From: Obrimoposthia wandeli
Taxonomy: Eukaryota
Direction of reading: 5' to 3'
Assembly: GCA_977020255.1 (NCBI GenBank)
Contig: CDROCS010000192.1
Span: 1-64,000 of the forward strand
Length of the DNA stretch: 64,000 nucleotides
Below the pieces are notes generated by a model. That model did no database searches. It was not told the DNA's origin and saw only the letters and a program-made list of their open reading frames with translations. The stretch's first letter is position 1. Every line of letters starts with the position of its first letter. Made by a program: the position numbers and the translations under genes. Positions 61,454-64,000 of the stretch are shown here, piece by piece.

Positions 61454-64000
61454 TTAAATTCGGAAGTGTCCATAAGCCAGGCTAGCGTTCTTTTCTACCC
61501 AAAAGCGCTTGTCGTCATTACTACCCAAAGCGATTTTTGTTGATTTATGGGAATACAGTTGATGGGCTCTTGAAATAAATCTAGTTTGCTCAACGCTTTC
61601 AATACACCCAGTATCATAAACTTTCCGGTATGCCTCATGTGTAAGATTGTTTCTTCCCACACCCTTTGCTCTCATTGAACATGTATTATTAGATGCATGT
61701 AAACTGTAGCATTTAGGGCGTAGGAAAATACAATCATCATACGAAACCTGTCCCTCGCTTTCGTCCTTAAATTTCCCGATAATATCCTTTAAACTCATAG
61801 AGTGTAGAGGATGGTTAGCGGGATATTTATGGGTATCTAATATGTTGTCCCTAAACATTGCCGGTAATAATTGATTATTTAAACTAACATTCCTACATTC
61901 TAAAAAGAAAGAGTCAGTGTCCCCAGCTGCGATTTTAATCTCACAATTGAAATCTCGTCGATATTTCTCCAATTCTATGTATTGAAGCTCATACATTCTG
62001 AGTTTAGAAATGTCTAAAACCGTTTGACCTATATAACTCGGTCGATCGAGACAAATACTCTGTTTTCCTAATAACACTGCTACCAAGTCATCTTCAATTG
62101 TAAAACTACGCTTGAAGTTGTACTTGCTAGTATATGTTATTAGTTTACGCTCATCATTGCAAAACCGTAGACAAATACGTTTCCGCAAGTCCTCTACAGT
62201 TTTTCCAAAGAGGCTATTACTTTTTAACTTGTAAAAATCCCGATCGAATTTGCTAGTGGCCAAATTACGTTTTCTAGAATTCTTCTCAATATAGTCTTTA
62301 AACACAAAGTTTTGACTGAAGCTTATAGCACGATGAATTCGAGTAACTTTCGCTCCCAACTTTAAGTAGAATTGAAGAAGCCGCCAATGCACAACATAAT
62401 ACAACTTGTCTTCATGGGTTAACAATAATTTCTTAACCTTTGAATTAGGTGGGCATTGATGAACAGGCGCTACTGGAAGATCATCTAATTTATCATGCAC
62501 ATTGGGAGGGATTGTTAAGTCAACCTCAACCAAATAGCCGATATCTGATGAAACTGTATCGACAGTAGCCAAATCTGTCATCAACTTATTCAACTCTTCC
62601 TCATCATAAACCCACTTAAAGTTGGCATGAGGTAGAGGTTGAGTAAGCGCCCACCCATACAAATTATTAATATCGATCTACAGAATCTCCGTGGATTGAT
62701 TTTTGAAAACATGATGTTTGTTGATAAAAGTCATTCCACTGCGTATACCATAATCATATATTTGATACATCGCGGGATCTTGCAGTAACTCGATATTAAT
62801 TTTAAGAGTTTTTATTGCTGTTGCCCATGAAAGACCAGGTAAACTAAAGAAATGCATGGGATCTAGCCCATCTTCTGCTAAAGACTTTACACGAAAGGAC
62901 TCAAAAACATCAGCTAAAAGATAAATGTCTAATTTCATATAATAAAGCATATATTCGAGAAGATTTCGACAATTATTCACCCAAAATGTACGGGCCTCAT
63001 TATAGTCTTGAAGACTTACACCCTCAAATTCAGTTATGGGTGGGATTTCTGTAGTATTTTCTAAATCTGCAAAGGTTTTCGCAAATTTATACGGAAAAAT
63101 CCCCTTATCATTAACCGAAGCTGGGAACACTGACTGTGGCCATGCTTTTAAAGATGCTGTTAAATTTTTTAAAGACCCGCTCAAAAACTGCAGAGAATCT
63201 ACGAATCTTAAACTGCAGAATTCAGTATATGCAGTTAAAGATAAATATTTCTCTGAAGTTTGAGGTATACAAGAAATTTCCCAAGAGCTTAATGTACCCA
63301 ACGCATATTTAAGTATATGATGCAAATCATATCCTTTGAGGTTATGAAACACGATGGGAATTCGTGGTTTTTTAGGGAGACGACGGCCAAGGTTACAGAG
63401 GTTGCACGCCGCTCCCAAGTATCGCCCCGTAACATGATCGTGATCTCTGACTAACTTAGACTGGGTTCCACACAAATAACATAATCTACAAGTATTAAAA
63501 TTAACCTAGTCTATGCCTGTCATGATCATTGCTTGATGAGCATTAAGATCATACCCCGGTTTGACAATTGTAGTTCCTAATTCTTCTAATTTTAACATAA
63601 AATCTAAAATACAATTGGGACCGGAAAATTTATGATACTGTGTAATATTGGGGTCTAAGAATAGTAGTCCTACCGAAGCCGGTAGGTGAATACTCTCATA
63701 CTGGTCGTGCAATGCTAAAATTGACTCAAAATCTGCATACACCCTGAATTCCACGGGTATGCATTTTGGCCAATCCCTGAATTTTAAATCCTTATCCTTA
63801 GGCATGCTATATAGCGTATTATCATCAGGATTCAGTGAACATAATGTCAGATGTTTGCTGTAAGAGAGCTCGGATCGGAATCCATGCAAACATCTATGAC
63901 ACCACTTACACCTTATCCTAACCGATAAGGCTCCATTATCTAAATTTAGAAGACGATCTAAACTGGGAATAGCAGCATAATGGAATTTATTATTCTGTTC
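61454..64000 (-). pseudogene. polB: Protein-primed family B DNA polymerase (runs off window), two in-frame TAG stops
   Basis: RVYADFES, CYLC...VRDHDH.TG..LGAAC..CN, FHNLKGYDLH, YMKLD, IL*IDINNLYGWA, KLKSNSLFGK, GDTDS. Stops at 62678 and 63506 are in the same frame. Confidence 0.97.

Larger units (their letters stand above)
51928..64000. mobile_element. Polinton/Maverick (element F), left terminus to PolB; runs off the window
   Basis: AGTAGGTGG terminus plus ATPase, integrase, minor and major capsid, adenain protease and pPolB. Confidence 0.97.

Noticed and set aside
61454-63889. Stop-codon reassignment to explain in-frame TAG/TAA/TGA in Polinton genes
   Set aside because: The stops replace different residues (Tyr in PolB, Leu in the TBP-like gene) and occur alongside frameshifts; ordinary decay explains them.
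1-64000. Naming the host species
   Set aside because: AT-richness, micro-introns and a PGRP suggest a compact-genome non-nematode animal, but nothing here is diagnostic without a search.

Overview
Very AT-rich animal genomic DNA with tiny GT-AG introns (31-51 nt seen). The host species cannot be named from sequence alone. The window is a Polinton/Maverick hotspot. It holds one large, recently disabled element (51928 to beyond 64000) with integrase, packaging ATPase, major and minor capsid, adenain protease and protein-primed PolB. It also holds a rearranged relic with long inverted arms (40229-50576) and four smaller remnants. Interleaved are Ty3/Gypsy, BEL/Pao and mariner relics, a hAT MITE, and a family of PAN/Apple-domain exons. 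Two observations stand out. (1) The Polintons carry a minimal, spliced TATA-binding-protein-like gene, present in two diverged lineages with the intron at the same codon, along with a tandem pair of putative SSB genes, an intron in the protease gene and a dual-specificity-phosphatase-like cargo gene. (2) Ten phase-compatible exons on the minus strand (20412-13754) can be joined into a ~919-aa type-I membrane protein: signal peptide, 3 PAN domains, Cys-rich segment, non-catalytic PGRP domain, TM helix and cytoplasmic tail. All gene models and domain calls were made by eye; no database searches were run.
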